Part shown: piece by piece, positions 48,822 to 60,763 of the stretch
Numbering within the stretch: the stretch's first letter is position 1
Layout of the letters: every line of letters starts with the position of its first letter
Assembly (NCBI GenBank): GCA_035084275.1
Contig: CM068751.1
Location: 19,902,001-19,966,000 of the forward strand
DNA: 64,000 nt
Reading direction: 5' to 3'
DNA from: Hydrolagus colliei
Lineage: Eukaryota
Made by a program: the position numbers and the translations under genes
The notes under the pieces: generated by a model
Databases searched by the model: none
Told to the model about the DNA's origin: nothing
Seen by the model: only the letters and a program-made list of their open reading frames with translations

Positions 48822-49130
48822 CAATAATAATAATCCTTACATTTATCGACGTCTCAAAGTGCTTAAATGGATGTTCTGGAAACCATAATAATAGCAACTC
48901 CTTGCTTTTGATATAATGGCTTCTCACACTGTTGAGATGTCTCAAAACGCTTTGCAGGTTACACTGTAAATTGAATGTGTATTTCGTGGGTCAAACTGTA
49001 AATTGAATGTGTATTTCGCGGTAGCCAGTTGCGTGCAGAAACATCCCACAAAGAGTGAGTGATCAATTTTATTTTGGGCGGGTGATTGTCAGCCAGGACA
49101 CTGGGAGAAACTCCCTTCTCTTTCAAATCG
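48822..49130 (-). mobile_element. Two adjacent SINE fragments; the second has a 32-bp tandem duplication and a Deu core
   Basis: aataatccttacattt; ccttgcttttgatata; actgtaaattgaatgtgtatttcg twice; gccaggacactgggagaaactcc. Confidence 0.75.
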
Positions 49131-49884
49131 TGTCAAAATGAGATGAGATGGGCTAAAGAGATTCTTCATCTCGAACAATCCTGACATCCCAGGGTGAAAG
49201 AGCAGAAACCTGCAGCTGGTTTTATTGTTACACCGACAGAAATTTCCCGCACACAGTCTGGCAGCCGAGTTTTATAAATATTTGTCTCTTTCTCAAACGA
49301 ACACATGGAAGTCTCATTTTTCCATTGGAAACAATAAGGGGACACACACCTGTCCGGCGAACAATGTACTTCCTGGAGCAATTCACTTCCCGTGTGGGAT
49401 ACAAAGCAATCGGCCGCTGCATCATCAAAGTTAACGAAGGATTCTCTTCTGCTGGAATGTCTTCCAAAGCCATTCAGCGAATTAGTAAACAGAAGGAAAG
49501 AGTGATGACACGGTCAGGAATGAAATGACGTTACAACATTGCTATTTGCATCCGCTTCTGCAAGTATTATCATTTTTAGATTTTGTTGGGTGAAAAGCTC
49601 GGTCGATTTTATTTTTAACTCATTGCGATTTAATTGTGGATTTGCACCCAACGCAGCTTATGCTATATTAACTATAGTACTTCAGAGAGGAATTGGACAG
49701 ATCTGGTCAGGAATAATATTAAGAGTAGTGTGTTTAGGTTTGTGTTGATTAGCACAGATGGAAGGCTGAATATTCCAGCTATCTTAAGGATCATAGAATA
49801 TCTTACCTCGCAGTAAGTAGGAACACGGTTTTTAGTTGATTGGTGGATTGCTTTTCTGAGGTAATAGCTCCTTTAAAAACATTT

Positions 49885-50048
49885 TGTCACTTCAATCCAT
49901 GACTGTTTGTGGGACACTGCTGTGCACAATTTACCCACAAAATATTACAGTCACTACACTTTGCAGTGTATTCTGTGAAGCATTTCGAGACGTTTCAAAG
50001 ACGTGATAAGGTGCTATTTCAAATACAAGCACTATTATTTTTGTTATT
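49885..50048 (+). mobile_element. SINE 3' half
   Basis: tcaatccatgactgtttgtgggacactgctgtgcacaa...gtgctatttcaaatacaag. Confidence 0.8.
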
Positions 50049-50327
50049 AATATCTACGTGAGACTTTCCGCAAGAGGCAAGGATGGAATCCACCAGAAAG
50101 GTACATTGTGTGGATTTTCAGGGATTGACTTGAAGGGTCAAATAGGTTCTCTTCATCCAGGTTATACAATGCATTATGGAATGTGATACATTACCTCAAA
50201 CGTCACACACTGGATTCAAACTAGACAATAAGAATGTGCTTATTTTCCAAGTGGGATGTTGTTTACCACCTCAAATTCTACTCTTTCTGAAGAGAACAAG
50301 GAGAGGTTCACTAGACATAGCAGTCTT

Positions 50328-50486
50328 ATTTCAAGACCCTTCTCTTCGACTGTCCCATCGGTCACCCCAAATCCCCTCCTGTCCCTCCACCCTCCCCAAT
50401 CCCGACCCCAGCTGACTGTCCAGAGTCTTGGGACGTCCTCCCGATGTGAAAGGCCCTATACAAATGTAATTTTGTTGTTGTTGTTC
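50328..50486 (+). mobile_element. L2 3' end fragment
   Basis: ttcaagacccttctcttcgactg (KTLLFD) ... gatgtgaaaggccctatacaaatgtaatt(ttg)n. Confidence 0.75.
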
Positions 50487-50534
50487 TTATACTAAAGGCA
50501 CTATACCCAGCTATTCATTGCACTTTGCTATGAG

Positions 50535-50672
50535 CATAAGAAATAGGAGCAGGAGTAGGCCATTTGACCCCTCAAGCCTGGCCCACCATTTAGTTAACAG
50601 GATCGTGGCTGATCTTCTATCCTAATTTCATTTACCCTCCCTATCCCCATTTCCCTTAATCCCTCTATCCTA
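50535..50672 (-). mobile_element. CR1-type 3' tail fragment
   Basis: cataagaaataggagcaggagtaggccatttgacccctcaagcctg...gatcgtggctgatct, typical of chondrichthyan CR1 tails. Confidence 0.75.
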
Positions 50673-51584
50673 AGGGAGACAAAGCTTTGTACATACATAC
50701 ATGCCTGTACAATACACCAGGCAAAATGTTTGGTACATTTGTGACAAGGAAGTCCCACCTCTGAAACATATGAATAAAGGACAGTTGTGGGTGTGATGCT
50801 GGAGAGGGCCATTAGATCAAATTTACACCAAGTCTTAACTGTTCGACTCCTTTTGTTTTAAAGTTCCATATTGCACAGAGTTGCTGAACATTCTTAAATT
50901 CACTCTTAATTTGGATTTCGGCTCATTCAACGAACGGAGGAATTAAGGCTGCCTTTTAAGTATTTGAACAATTCTGCACAATTTTTGTTTGATTTTAAAA
51001 CAAGGTGTTGTTTTTTAACTGATTAACACAAGGTGACATTTTCAGCCCACAAAGTGCATGTGGCACTTTTACCTCAGATAACAGAAAAATGTAGCGAAGG
51101 GAAAAATCTTTAGGAGCGGAGGGATAGAAGAGAAACTGAGTGGGAAACACATGTAGAGGGAGTAGAGGTACAGCAGGGGAGAAGTGAATCTGGCGTCACA
51201 CTGCAGATGATAGGGAACAAACGACAGAATGTGAAATGGAACGCATCAGCAAGCCATTCAAGTGGCTTTTGCTTGTTTCCGATGGGTGTCTTCGAGGAGT
51301 TGATTGCAGGTTTTTGGGGAGTGGTGAGGGCTCTTTAACGCAGAGCCTAGGTGGTGTTGTGTTACTGAACTGAATCGGCAGCGTGGTATGTGGCCAATTG
51401 GCGAGTTGAGAAGGCAATACAAGAGCTATCCTGAAACGATTAGACAATGTCAATACAGAAACTACTGAACATTGTAGTCCCAGTGGCACGCACGGTCAGA
51501 GTGTGGAGGCGGGGCGGAGAAAGCGCCACAAGTCAACAAAGAGATTCTGGGGAAAAGATTTAGAGCCTCTTTAGGAGGGAGTGG

Positions 51585-51607
51585 GGTGTGTGTGTGTGTG
51601 TGTGTGT
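51585..51607. repeat. (TG)n microsatellite
   Basis: Direct reading. Confidence 0.9.
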
Positions 51608-54099
51608 TAGTGAGCCAGTGTTACATGGTTCACCGGGGGTCATTGAGAGTGCAGCAATTCTCGGGTCTTCCCAGCATTCAGGCCAATATTAACTACTCTG
51701 GGAGTGTTTGAAAAAGAGATAAGGGAGGTAATGAGAGAAGAAGGTTTTTGGTAACTTGAGAAAGTCCTGGGGAGGGATCGGGCAGAACACCAGCTAGGCT
51801 GTGTCTGTCTGTGTGTCTGTGGGGAGGGGAGGGGTGGGGGAGGGAGGGAAAGAAGCCTGGTGGTCTCCGAAGATGATCTTAAAAATACTCAAATTCCCAC
51901 CCTTGCAGAACTGATCCATTTCAAGAGATTTCCTGACAAATGTATTTGAACAGTAGCTGTAATGTGTAGCTAGATAGTTAATGTTCCATGGGCTGTAATG
52001 ATCCTTTAAAGGCACAGTAAGATTTAAAAGGCATGTAATGGGAATCTGATTGTTGTTGCTGTTGCTTACTGAAATACCACTATTATTTGAACCAAGGTTT
52101 CCCTCCCAAACTTTTCTTCCCTTTTGGTGATGTGCAGCCATGGGTGCCACACGCTCACCAATATCTCTGGCAATTATTACAGTATATCATCCCAGGCAGC
52201 AAGCCTCAGTTTGACTAAGCAACGAAGCACTGAGAGCCAGCTCATGTCATCGCCCAATGTCCACATGGCTGAGTCCTGCCCAGTATTTTAAAGGCAAATG
52301 AGCAGAACATTGTGTTTTAATAGCAAGCAGTCAGTTAATCAGGATAATAGACAACAGCAGAGAGTTAACTAACAGCCGGAGCTTCCTCAGCCCGGAGACG
52401 CTATGGCTGATATATGGGTTGATATTGGTGGATTGTGTGAATATATAAGGTGTGTCAGTGCAGTGTATCAATTTATAGATCAATGCATCGGTGCATTGTG
52501 CCAATGTATGAATGAATGTATTAGTGCAGCATATTGACATATTGTCACTGAATCAGTGATTTACCCACCCCACAATTATTGTACATTGATGTTTCTCCGC
52601 CCTCATCGAGCCTGTAATATATAAGGGCACTTACTGTGTAAATGATGCCGCAGAAAGTGTCTCAGCGAGCGCGGAGGGCACGTTTTTTGACACTTTAGAC
52701 TCGGTTAAAGTTTATTTTCTCAACATTCCTTTGAGCTGCACACAATCTCTGGTCTCACCTGCCAATTTCACGATTCTGTCTACATTGACCACCGTCACTG
52801 ATGAAAACGAGAAAGGTGTGGACAACACTAACTATTGCTTCCCCCCCCCCCCCCCCTGTAGTCCTGTATAAGTTTATCGTTGTATCTAATGGTTGTACAA
52901 ATTGTGTACAGAAGGCGTGGTATGAATTCAAACGATCCTGTTGCTTTTCATCTGAAAGTTATCCTACTTGTGCTTTCGGACATAACAGCATCATCGGAGC
53001 AAAGTGTTGCCTGACCTTTCACTTCTACCCCCCATCTTCACCTCCACTCTCCCTACCCTGACTGACCTTGGGAATGGAGGCTAACTGCCCAGGGCACTGT
53101 GATGGATGGATGTGAAGATTCATGTCTCTGACCCCAAACTGAAGCTCAGCTACTAAGGTCAGTGAAGCTGTTTCCTGACCCCAGGCTCATATCATTAACT
53201 TTCTTGATTGCCTAGGGTTTTACCAGCTCTTCCCCTGAATCCCATTATCATCCAGTGCTTAGAGAATCCAGATGTTTTGTTTTTAGGAGTGAGCTAAAAT
53301 TAATTAACAGTGGTTAAAAGGGAATTAAAGTCCTTCTCATTAGGCCATATCAGTGCGTAATCAGCCTTTTTTTCCCACACGTTTTCAACGCTCTTTAAAC
53401 ATTAGCGTGGGCACAAAAAATAGGAAATGTTGCTTTTAAAGCAACGCTGCTTTCAAAATGGCAGGGCCTCAGATAATTGCCTTATCCCAGGGTACAGTTC
53501 CAGGGACCAGCCACTTCCTGTCCGTCTCCAATGCACAGAATTCCCAATCCATACATTAAACGCGAGCTTCCCTGCTATCTTTTGTGAATATTCTAGGTGG
53601 ACAACTCTGACCCGCGGGCTGCCGGTTCCCAAATGTTGGCAAGAACACACAGCCTCACACTACAGAGAGCTGTTCCTCGGTGGACAATCCAGGCTTCTGT
53701 TCGGGCTGGTGTGTTTGTGTGTTTTGATTGAATTACCGGAGCGAATGATGAAGTTGGCTGCGGGACAAGCATTTACAAACCTGCTTATTTTAAACCTGCG
53801 ATTTGTAGAAATCTCGCACCGGGTGGAAAGCTCCAGAGAGGCACATTGTTTGTTTGTTGGGTTTCAGATTGGGTTGTGGTTCAGAGTCAGGATTGTTGTG
53901 TTATTTTTATTTTTTCCGGTGGGATCAATAAGGGTCTCTTCTTGTCTGTGACCTGCCCTGTGATGGAGTGCATGTGAAAATTATACCATCAATAACAATT
54001 TAAACAAACCTCCCAATCGAGCAACCCGATACTCTGCATAAACATCAAGGGATCCAACTTACCCTCCTCATCAATGCTTTGCACGTGGTTAACTTGCTT

Positions 54100-54230
54100 C
54101 TGTGATTTACACCTACAGTGCTGTGATTTACATGTTGGGGAGTTAGTGTGTAATTTTCACTTGGCGAGTTAGCGTGTGATTTACACATTGGGAGCTCTGC
54201 CCCGCTCGTGGTTTATTTACACACGCGAAG
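54100..54230. repeat. Degenerate minisatellite, 21-27 bp units with core tgtgatttaca
   Basis: Four to five copies of gtgatttacac-like and gagttag motifs. Confidence 0.65.
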
Positions 54231-54584
54231 AGCAGTCTCGTGATTGGGGTGTGCAATGCACCATCTTCTCCTTCTGCAATTTCTGCTCAGGAAAGGAGGA
54301 GAAAAGAACACACCAGATGATCCATTAGAAGGGAGGGAAGAATGAGAGCAAAGTTCAGAGGAGCAATGCAAATAGTTTTGTTGCTAAAATAAAGAGAATG
54401 AGAGAAAAGTTCCAAGAGGGTGAAAGATGGACCATATTGGTGGTGACCATCCATTGACCAACAGAGCCAATGAATAAGAAACATTTTGTGGTAAATAATA
54501 TAGCATCAAACTCTGCCTTTGTCTCAAAGTGTTTGACTTACTTACAAGCTTGACACTGTACTTTTCTATCATTGTTTCTGTCAC

Positions 54585-54700
54585 AGTCGCCAGTTCTGAT
54601 GAAGGGTCGAGGACCCGCAACATTGACTCACGTTGCCTTTCTCCATAGATGCTGCCTGACCTGCTGAGTGTTCCCAGACATTTCTGTTTTTGGTTCCCTG
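54585..54700 (+). mobile_element. Penelope-type terminal-repeat fragment containing a decayed hammerhead-like motif
   Basis: cagttctgatgaagggtcgaggacccgcaacattgact...ctccatagatgctgcctgacctgctgagt. Confidence 0.7.
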
Positions 54701-57173
54701 TTCTTAACATTAAAGCTACGTGATCTTTCAAGTTCACCCTAACAGGACTTGGGGTTAAATGTCTCATCTGAAGAACAGGCATTCATTCTATGCATTGGTG
54801 TGATTTGGTTAGGCTTCTGAGATTAATAACAATTCCTTGCATTTGACGTAGCGCCCTATCACGTTGTTGCGATGTCTCAAGCAAAAGAGGAGACAGAAAT
54901 GGGGAGAGTGGAGGGGGTGGGGGGAGAGAGAGAGGAAGGAAAGAAAGAGGAGAGAAAGGGAAAGAGAGAATGTTTTTTCTGATCTGAAAGCACCAAGTGA
55001 GTTGATTACATCCCTCTTGTTCCCTCTCACTGATTACTCTGATCCTGGCCTGGGAAAATGTCTGGCTTCAAGAGGTTAGGGAAGAGTCTGAACTTTTCAC
55101 CCTTTGATGAGCTCGTTTATCACAGAGAAATTGACCAAACTCAGTGGGCCTTGGGTTCATCTTCTGAGAAAGTGGGACCCATCTGGAGAGTGAAACCTGT
55201 TGGGTCTTAAATTCCTGCTGTACCTAGACACCCAGCTTGTTCTTTAGTCAAATTATACTTCATCATTTTAACTGCGCAGTGCCAGACCAGCCCCAGAGGA
55301 AATATCCATGCCCACAACTCCCAGAACACAGCCCCAGCCAACAAACTTGATTGCGACAACAAGGGTTTAGGTGAAGGAGTGACTGAGGGTTTGGGTGAAA
55401 GGGTGAGGGGTTAGACAGAAGGGCAAGAACTCGGGAGGGACAGAGAGGAACTGGCTTTGCACTTGGCCACCAGAAGAGAAACCGGGAGGCTGGTTTGGAA
55501 CTTAGGAGGAACAAGAGAGAAATTGTCAACTCATTGGGCACAAGTGTTTGTCTCCCAGTGGCAAATTCCTGAGGTAATATGTCGAGCACTTTGGATGAGT
55601 CCCAATCTAAGGATAGTTCAACTGGGCTCTAATATGGCCTACTACTACTGTAAGATATCTGTAAGATATCTTCACCGAGTTGACATGAAGACACATGACT
55701 CCATCTCCTACACTAACATTTTTTCCCAGGAACTTAAGACTGTGAAACACCTTCTCCCTTCCTCCCGAATCTGACCTTCCTCCGACAGATTTTTAAGAGA
55801 CAAGCTTGACTTTGCGTAACTATTATTTCTAGATTTGTTTCCTTGTGTCTTTTCTCTGTCTCCTAATCTTTTTCAAGTTTGTTGGTGTTTTGGCCTATGA
55901 ACCTTAAGCCGTTCCCTTAAAAAGATTTAAATTAATTGAGAACTGGACAGAGAGTTGTGGCTGTAGCCCAGTTTAAGAAAGAACACACTTTCTCAACAAA
56001 TCTCTCTGTTGCCATTTCCTTCTAAAAATAATCGGGTCTGAAGAGCAATAGAATAAGACAGCAACATTTATAGATGTGCTTATTATATATCACTGTCTGC
56101 ACTCAGTCAGATAACATTTGAACTTGACTTGTCAAAGCCTTGTAATTCTTCCCAAATATAAAGCAAACTAGTCACACTCGTTCCCCCCGCACCACCCCCA
56201 CTGCCTTTAAAATACATTGTTTTTACAAGTTGTTCTTGTGAACAGGGAGTTTAATTACACATGGGATTTGGCCAGAGAAAACTCACAGAAGCCAGACGTC
56301 GCTCTGTGATTTAGTTCCTGCCTGCTGTAAAACATGCTTCGCACAGAATATATTTTGTTGTTGAAACTTTTAAACGAGGGATATGTGGGCTTCTTAGCCA
56401 CAACCACTCAGGCCATCCCGTGATGCCGGCCTCTCAAGGAAGGCAAGGAAGTTCCGCTCTGACCAGATCCTACAGGTCAAATGTGCTCTTCACTAATGCC
56501 AGCGGTCTTCTCTATTCGGATGGGACGTGCCCAAATCTGAACGCACAATTTGAGACAATGTACTGGGTGGGGATCCACATAAGACCAGTTTAACTCGGTC
56601 CTAAGTGGAACCCGTTGTTGACAGTCGGACAAAACCCCAACCAAGTCCCATGTGTAGGACATATCACCATCTTTTCTCTTATTGGTGCGATTATAGCAAC
56701 ACTTCATCCAGTCCTGTCTAGAAAAAAACTTTATGGGACTCCTCATTGCTCCTGGAAATATATCCAGTCAGTTGCTGTGAGCAATGCAGAGCAGGAAGTA
56801 GGTTGAATATTCTCTACTGGATTGATGCCACAATTATACTCGACCGCTTTAGGTGAGAGGAGAGGAAATTGAGCCAGTGTTTCCACTACAGTGCAGTGGC
56901 TCCTGCTGGAGATGTGTGCGTGTGTGCGCGGGTGTGTGGTTGGGTTAGAACAGAGATGCTCAATCCAGTTTGGGCTAGATTCAAGGCTGGCATTCCAGCA
57001 ATGAAAGGCCAATAAACAAACACACCTCTCGAGCAAGTTTCCTCTTCACGTAACATGTTATTCAGTGTTGCAGAGGTCAAGGAGACTGTTAACCCTGCAA
57101 GGGAAAGTTCTAATGGGTAAGGTGGTCCTAGCTGGGCAAGCAGTGGGAAAATAGTTCCCTACAGTGCTTTAGT

Positions 57174-57477
57174 GGAGTCCTGCAGTTCAATGGTTAGAGC
57201 ATTCCCGCATTACACGTGAGTAACCTGGGTTCAATTCCAGGCAGGGGGAAACCTTGGGTACATTTCGTTACTCCATGTGTCTAATAATAATCCCTAAAAA
57301 AAAATTGATCATTTTCAATCCACGGCTGTTTGTGGGGACATTGCTGTGCGCAATTGGCTGCTGTGTTTCGTCCACAAATATACAGTCAATTCACTTTACG
57401 GTATATTCTGTGAAGCTCTTTTAAGACATCTAGAATATGTGAGAAGTGCTATATCAAATTCAAGGATTATTATTATC
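57174..57477 (+). mobile_element. Young tRNA-derived SINE, full length
   Basis: Head ggagtcctgcagttcaatggttagagc, B box ggttcaattcc, tail gctatatcaaattcaaggattatt. Confidence 0.9.
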
Positions 57478-58877
57478 AATGGCAAGTTATGAGATGCTAA
57501 CTGGTTAGACTCTAGCATTACCCCCAACTCACACTCTGGGGTCCCCAAGCCTTGGCTCTTGCCAATGTGCGCTTAATACTTTCCTGATTTAGGTTTGCAG
57601 GAAGCATCCCATCCAGGTTGGAAAGAGCGTATTCCTTTCCAACAATCTATCTCTAGAATTTCCACGTGTAGAAGGGATGCATGGAATTCTCAATGTATTC
57701 TTTGTGTATGCGTCAGACACTGAGCTGCCCGGAAACAAAAATGGGGAGAGACTCCAGATAAAAAAGAAAATATAAAAATGCTATAAAAATGTCATCCTGG
57801 AAAGGTGACCGATGTCTGCGTTGACATCATACAATATACTGTGCATCCTAAAAGGGATGTGAGCATTACAGCAACTGCGCTACGGCATTGAACAGGACTG
57901 CGTTCGTCCTGCTCCGCACAGTGCTACCAAGTCGCTTTAATGACTTCTTTATTGAAGAACCCTTGATCTGTGCACTTTGAACAAATTAGTGGTTTGGTTC
58001 CACTGTAACATGGTGCAAAAAAAAGCCATTCATCACCTGCCTGACAGGCACCGTACCCTCCTGAGGCAGTACTGGATGATTCCTGACAGAACAAACATTA
58101 TATACCGCATGACGAGCATTTTGACATAAGACAAAGGCTTTGAGGTTTCACCTTATGGGTCATAGGTCTGAGGTGTGATGCTGTTTCTCTGCGCGAGCGT
58201 GTGTGTGTGTGGGAGTGAGAGAGAGTCTGTGAGTGTTGTGTATTATTTGTGCGTGTGGTGAACGCATGTGCATGGAGTGACCAAACATAGTTTTGTTTTT
58301 TGTGTGTGGTACACCCACATCAGGTCCTATCGGGTATTGGCAGCAGTGTTAAGCACTTGGAGACATCCTTCCAATGTGAAAGGTGCTGCATAACTGCGAA
58401 TCGCATTCTCTAGTGGGTGTGTAATCAAATAACCGTCCACCCACCACCCGAGAAGTTGGGTGGGGGGTGAGGGTGAGATTCAGCAGCAATGACAGAGTCA
58501 GTATGTTCACTTAGTAAAAGTAGGGGGGAATTAATGTCGGAGCACATAATAGGTGTGAGCAGTGTCCTGCGGAATTCTTCTCCTTTAACTGAGTTATGGA
58601 GCAGAGTTGCTTCAAATAGAATAGCCAAAGTTCCGCGTTGGGGGGGGATGGGGGAGGAAATTCCACAGCGAAGAATCACACAAACACCTTTTTCTGGTGC
58701 GGGGGAGGTGATTTGATTAGGAAATGCTTCTCCATTACTGTGATCCACTCAAGGCAGAGTGAGAGATAAACCCCAGGAAACACCCATCTGCAGGGTAAGC
58801 TCGCTCTTAAAGCAGCACTTGATTTCTTTATTTTAGGAACATCCTAATCCTATTACATACAGTACAAGTATTATAAA

Positions 58878-59028
58878 TAGCTCACTGGTTAGAGCACTCG
58901 CGCACTTACAAGCGTGAGACCTGTGTTCGAGTCCAAGCAGATCAGGGCGAAACCTTGGGAAGGTTTCCTTACTCCACACACACTCCTAATAATAAGCGCT
59001 ATATCAAAAGGCAAGGATTATTATTATT
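58878..59028 (+). mobile_element. Internally deleted SINE (head joined directly to tail)
   Basis: tagctcactggttagagc..gttcgagtcc..ttactccacaca..taataat|aagcgctatatcaaaaggcaaggattatt. Confidence 0.85.
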
Positions 59029-59467
59029 TATTGGGAGCGGGTGTAGAGTAGAGTGTTGTTAATCTCCTTTGTATTACAGTCCTTATACTGTACAACAACA
59101 ACTACCATTATCTAATGCCCTTCAAGTGAGGCAATGAGGGAATGATGTGGGGGGGGGAACAGGAAAATAGTTATTTCCTTTGTGTTGACTCCTGACCTGG
59201 ATTCAGCCTCAATGCTTGATGTTGGCCTGAAACGCCAACTCCTCTTTCCCAGTAAAACCATTCTTATCTAAGATCCTTTAAGATAATTTGGAATTTTTCA
59301 ACAGTCTTAAGATAGAAGCTGATTAAAAAAAATAAGTACAGAACTGTGGAAATCCATCTTCCAAATCTAGTCTGAATTTAAAGAATTTTTGCACAATTCT
59401 GCTCGATCGTAAACCTTTAACGTGCAAGGACTAAGATTAGGTGGAATTTTAAACCTTGGTTGCCCAA

Positions 59468-59655
59468 GTAATAATTTGGTCACTCAATCTACAGCTGTTT
59501 GTGAGACTCTGCTGTGTGCAATTGGCTGCCCCGTTCTGCCCACAATAATATAAAATCAATTCACATTACAGTACATTTTGTGAAGCACTTTTAACACATC
59601 TCAATTATGGTACAAGGCACTATATGCTATATCAAATGCAAGGATTATTATTGTC
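59468..59655 (+). mobile_element. SINE 3' half
   Basis: ttggtcactcaatct..ctgtttgtgag..gctgtgtgcaattggctgc...gctatatcaaatgcaaggattatt. Confidence 0.82.
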
Positions 59656-60420
59656 ATTATAATTATATCATTATAATTAGGAAAGTTCCCCCGGATTAAT
59701 ATTGTTGTGATAACTCCCCCTCCCTCCACTCCCCCCCACCTCCCCCCCACTTCCTCCCCACCTCCCACCCGCGCCCCCCACCAAAAACGTTTGGTAGATT
59801 TGGTAGATTTTCGGAACTGGATCATGTTATTCTTCCAACACAAAAGTCTTGAACAAAAGAATTGGCTGTACTTTGTCTGCTAAGGTTTTCTTTGAATTCC
59901 AGGCTAGCCTTGCAACACGCAACGCTGGTTAACCTGGGCTGTAGTGGCTCTTCCCAGCGTAGTGGCTTCTCAGAGAGATTTATGCAGAGAAACGCAGCTT
60001 CCCTGTTCCCAGCCGCTGGCTCCGGCAGGCAGGGAGCCTCACATGGCTTCCGCTCGAAGGAAGCATAAATCAGGCCCGGGCCACGGGATGGTGGCGTGTA
60101 GCAAGTGGAGGTTCAGCACATTGTCTGCTCCTGGAACAGGACTGGGGTGCGTGTGGCCATCCATCAGCCGCCTATCAAACCGATGCTTTCATTGCTATGT
60201 CTGGGCTAATAACTGGAGCGCGCCAAGAAAAACACAAATTTCTTTTTCAAGTTGTTTTGCTTTTGTACCAGGGGACACGTCCACCCTCTAATGATCGCTC
60301 GAATTAAACGTCCATTTCCAGAGCGTTCCTCCAAACCCATCAGCCAAGAGAAACCTCCCGGTATCTCTCTCTCTCTCTCTCTCTCCTCGGCAGACCTTTG
60401 GCAAGAGTTCAACTGTTTGC

Positions 60421-60763
60421 AATAATAATACAATAATCCTTGCATTTGATATAGCGCTTTTTGACATCTTATCAACATCTCAAAGCGCTTAACAGAATAC
60501 GCTGTAAAGTGAATTGACTATATATTTGTGGGCGAATCACAGCAGCCAATTGCACACAGCAGTGTCCCACAAACAGTCGTGGATTGAAAATGACCAATTT
60601 TATTATTGTGTTTTTTTGGGGATGGATTATTATTAGGTGTGTGGAGTAAGGAAACTTGCCCAAGGATTCGCCTCGACCTGCCTGGATTCAAACACAGGTC
60701 TGCCCAGCTTGGTCTCCCTAGTTTGCAAGACAAGTGCTCTAACCACTAAGCCACAGGAGCTCC
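60421..60763 (-). mobile_element. Young tRNA-derived SINE, full length
   Basis: Tail taatccttgcatttgatatagcgc through head tctaaccactaagccacaggagctcc. Confidence 0.92.

Noticed and set aside
53427-53951. Longest ORF in the window (174 aa)
   Set aside because: No recognisable domain or clear splice-site framing; the length is compatible with chance in 64 kb x 6 frames
54100-54230. Repeat-spacer-like pattern (CRISPR-like)
   Set aside because: Units are degenerate and contiguous, there are no unique spacers or cas genes, and the context is eukaryotic
59205-59250. Second hammerhead-like motif (tgatgttggcctgaaacgccaact)
   Set aside because: The CUGANGA core and stem II cannot be reconstructed; too decayed to call
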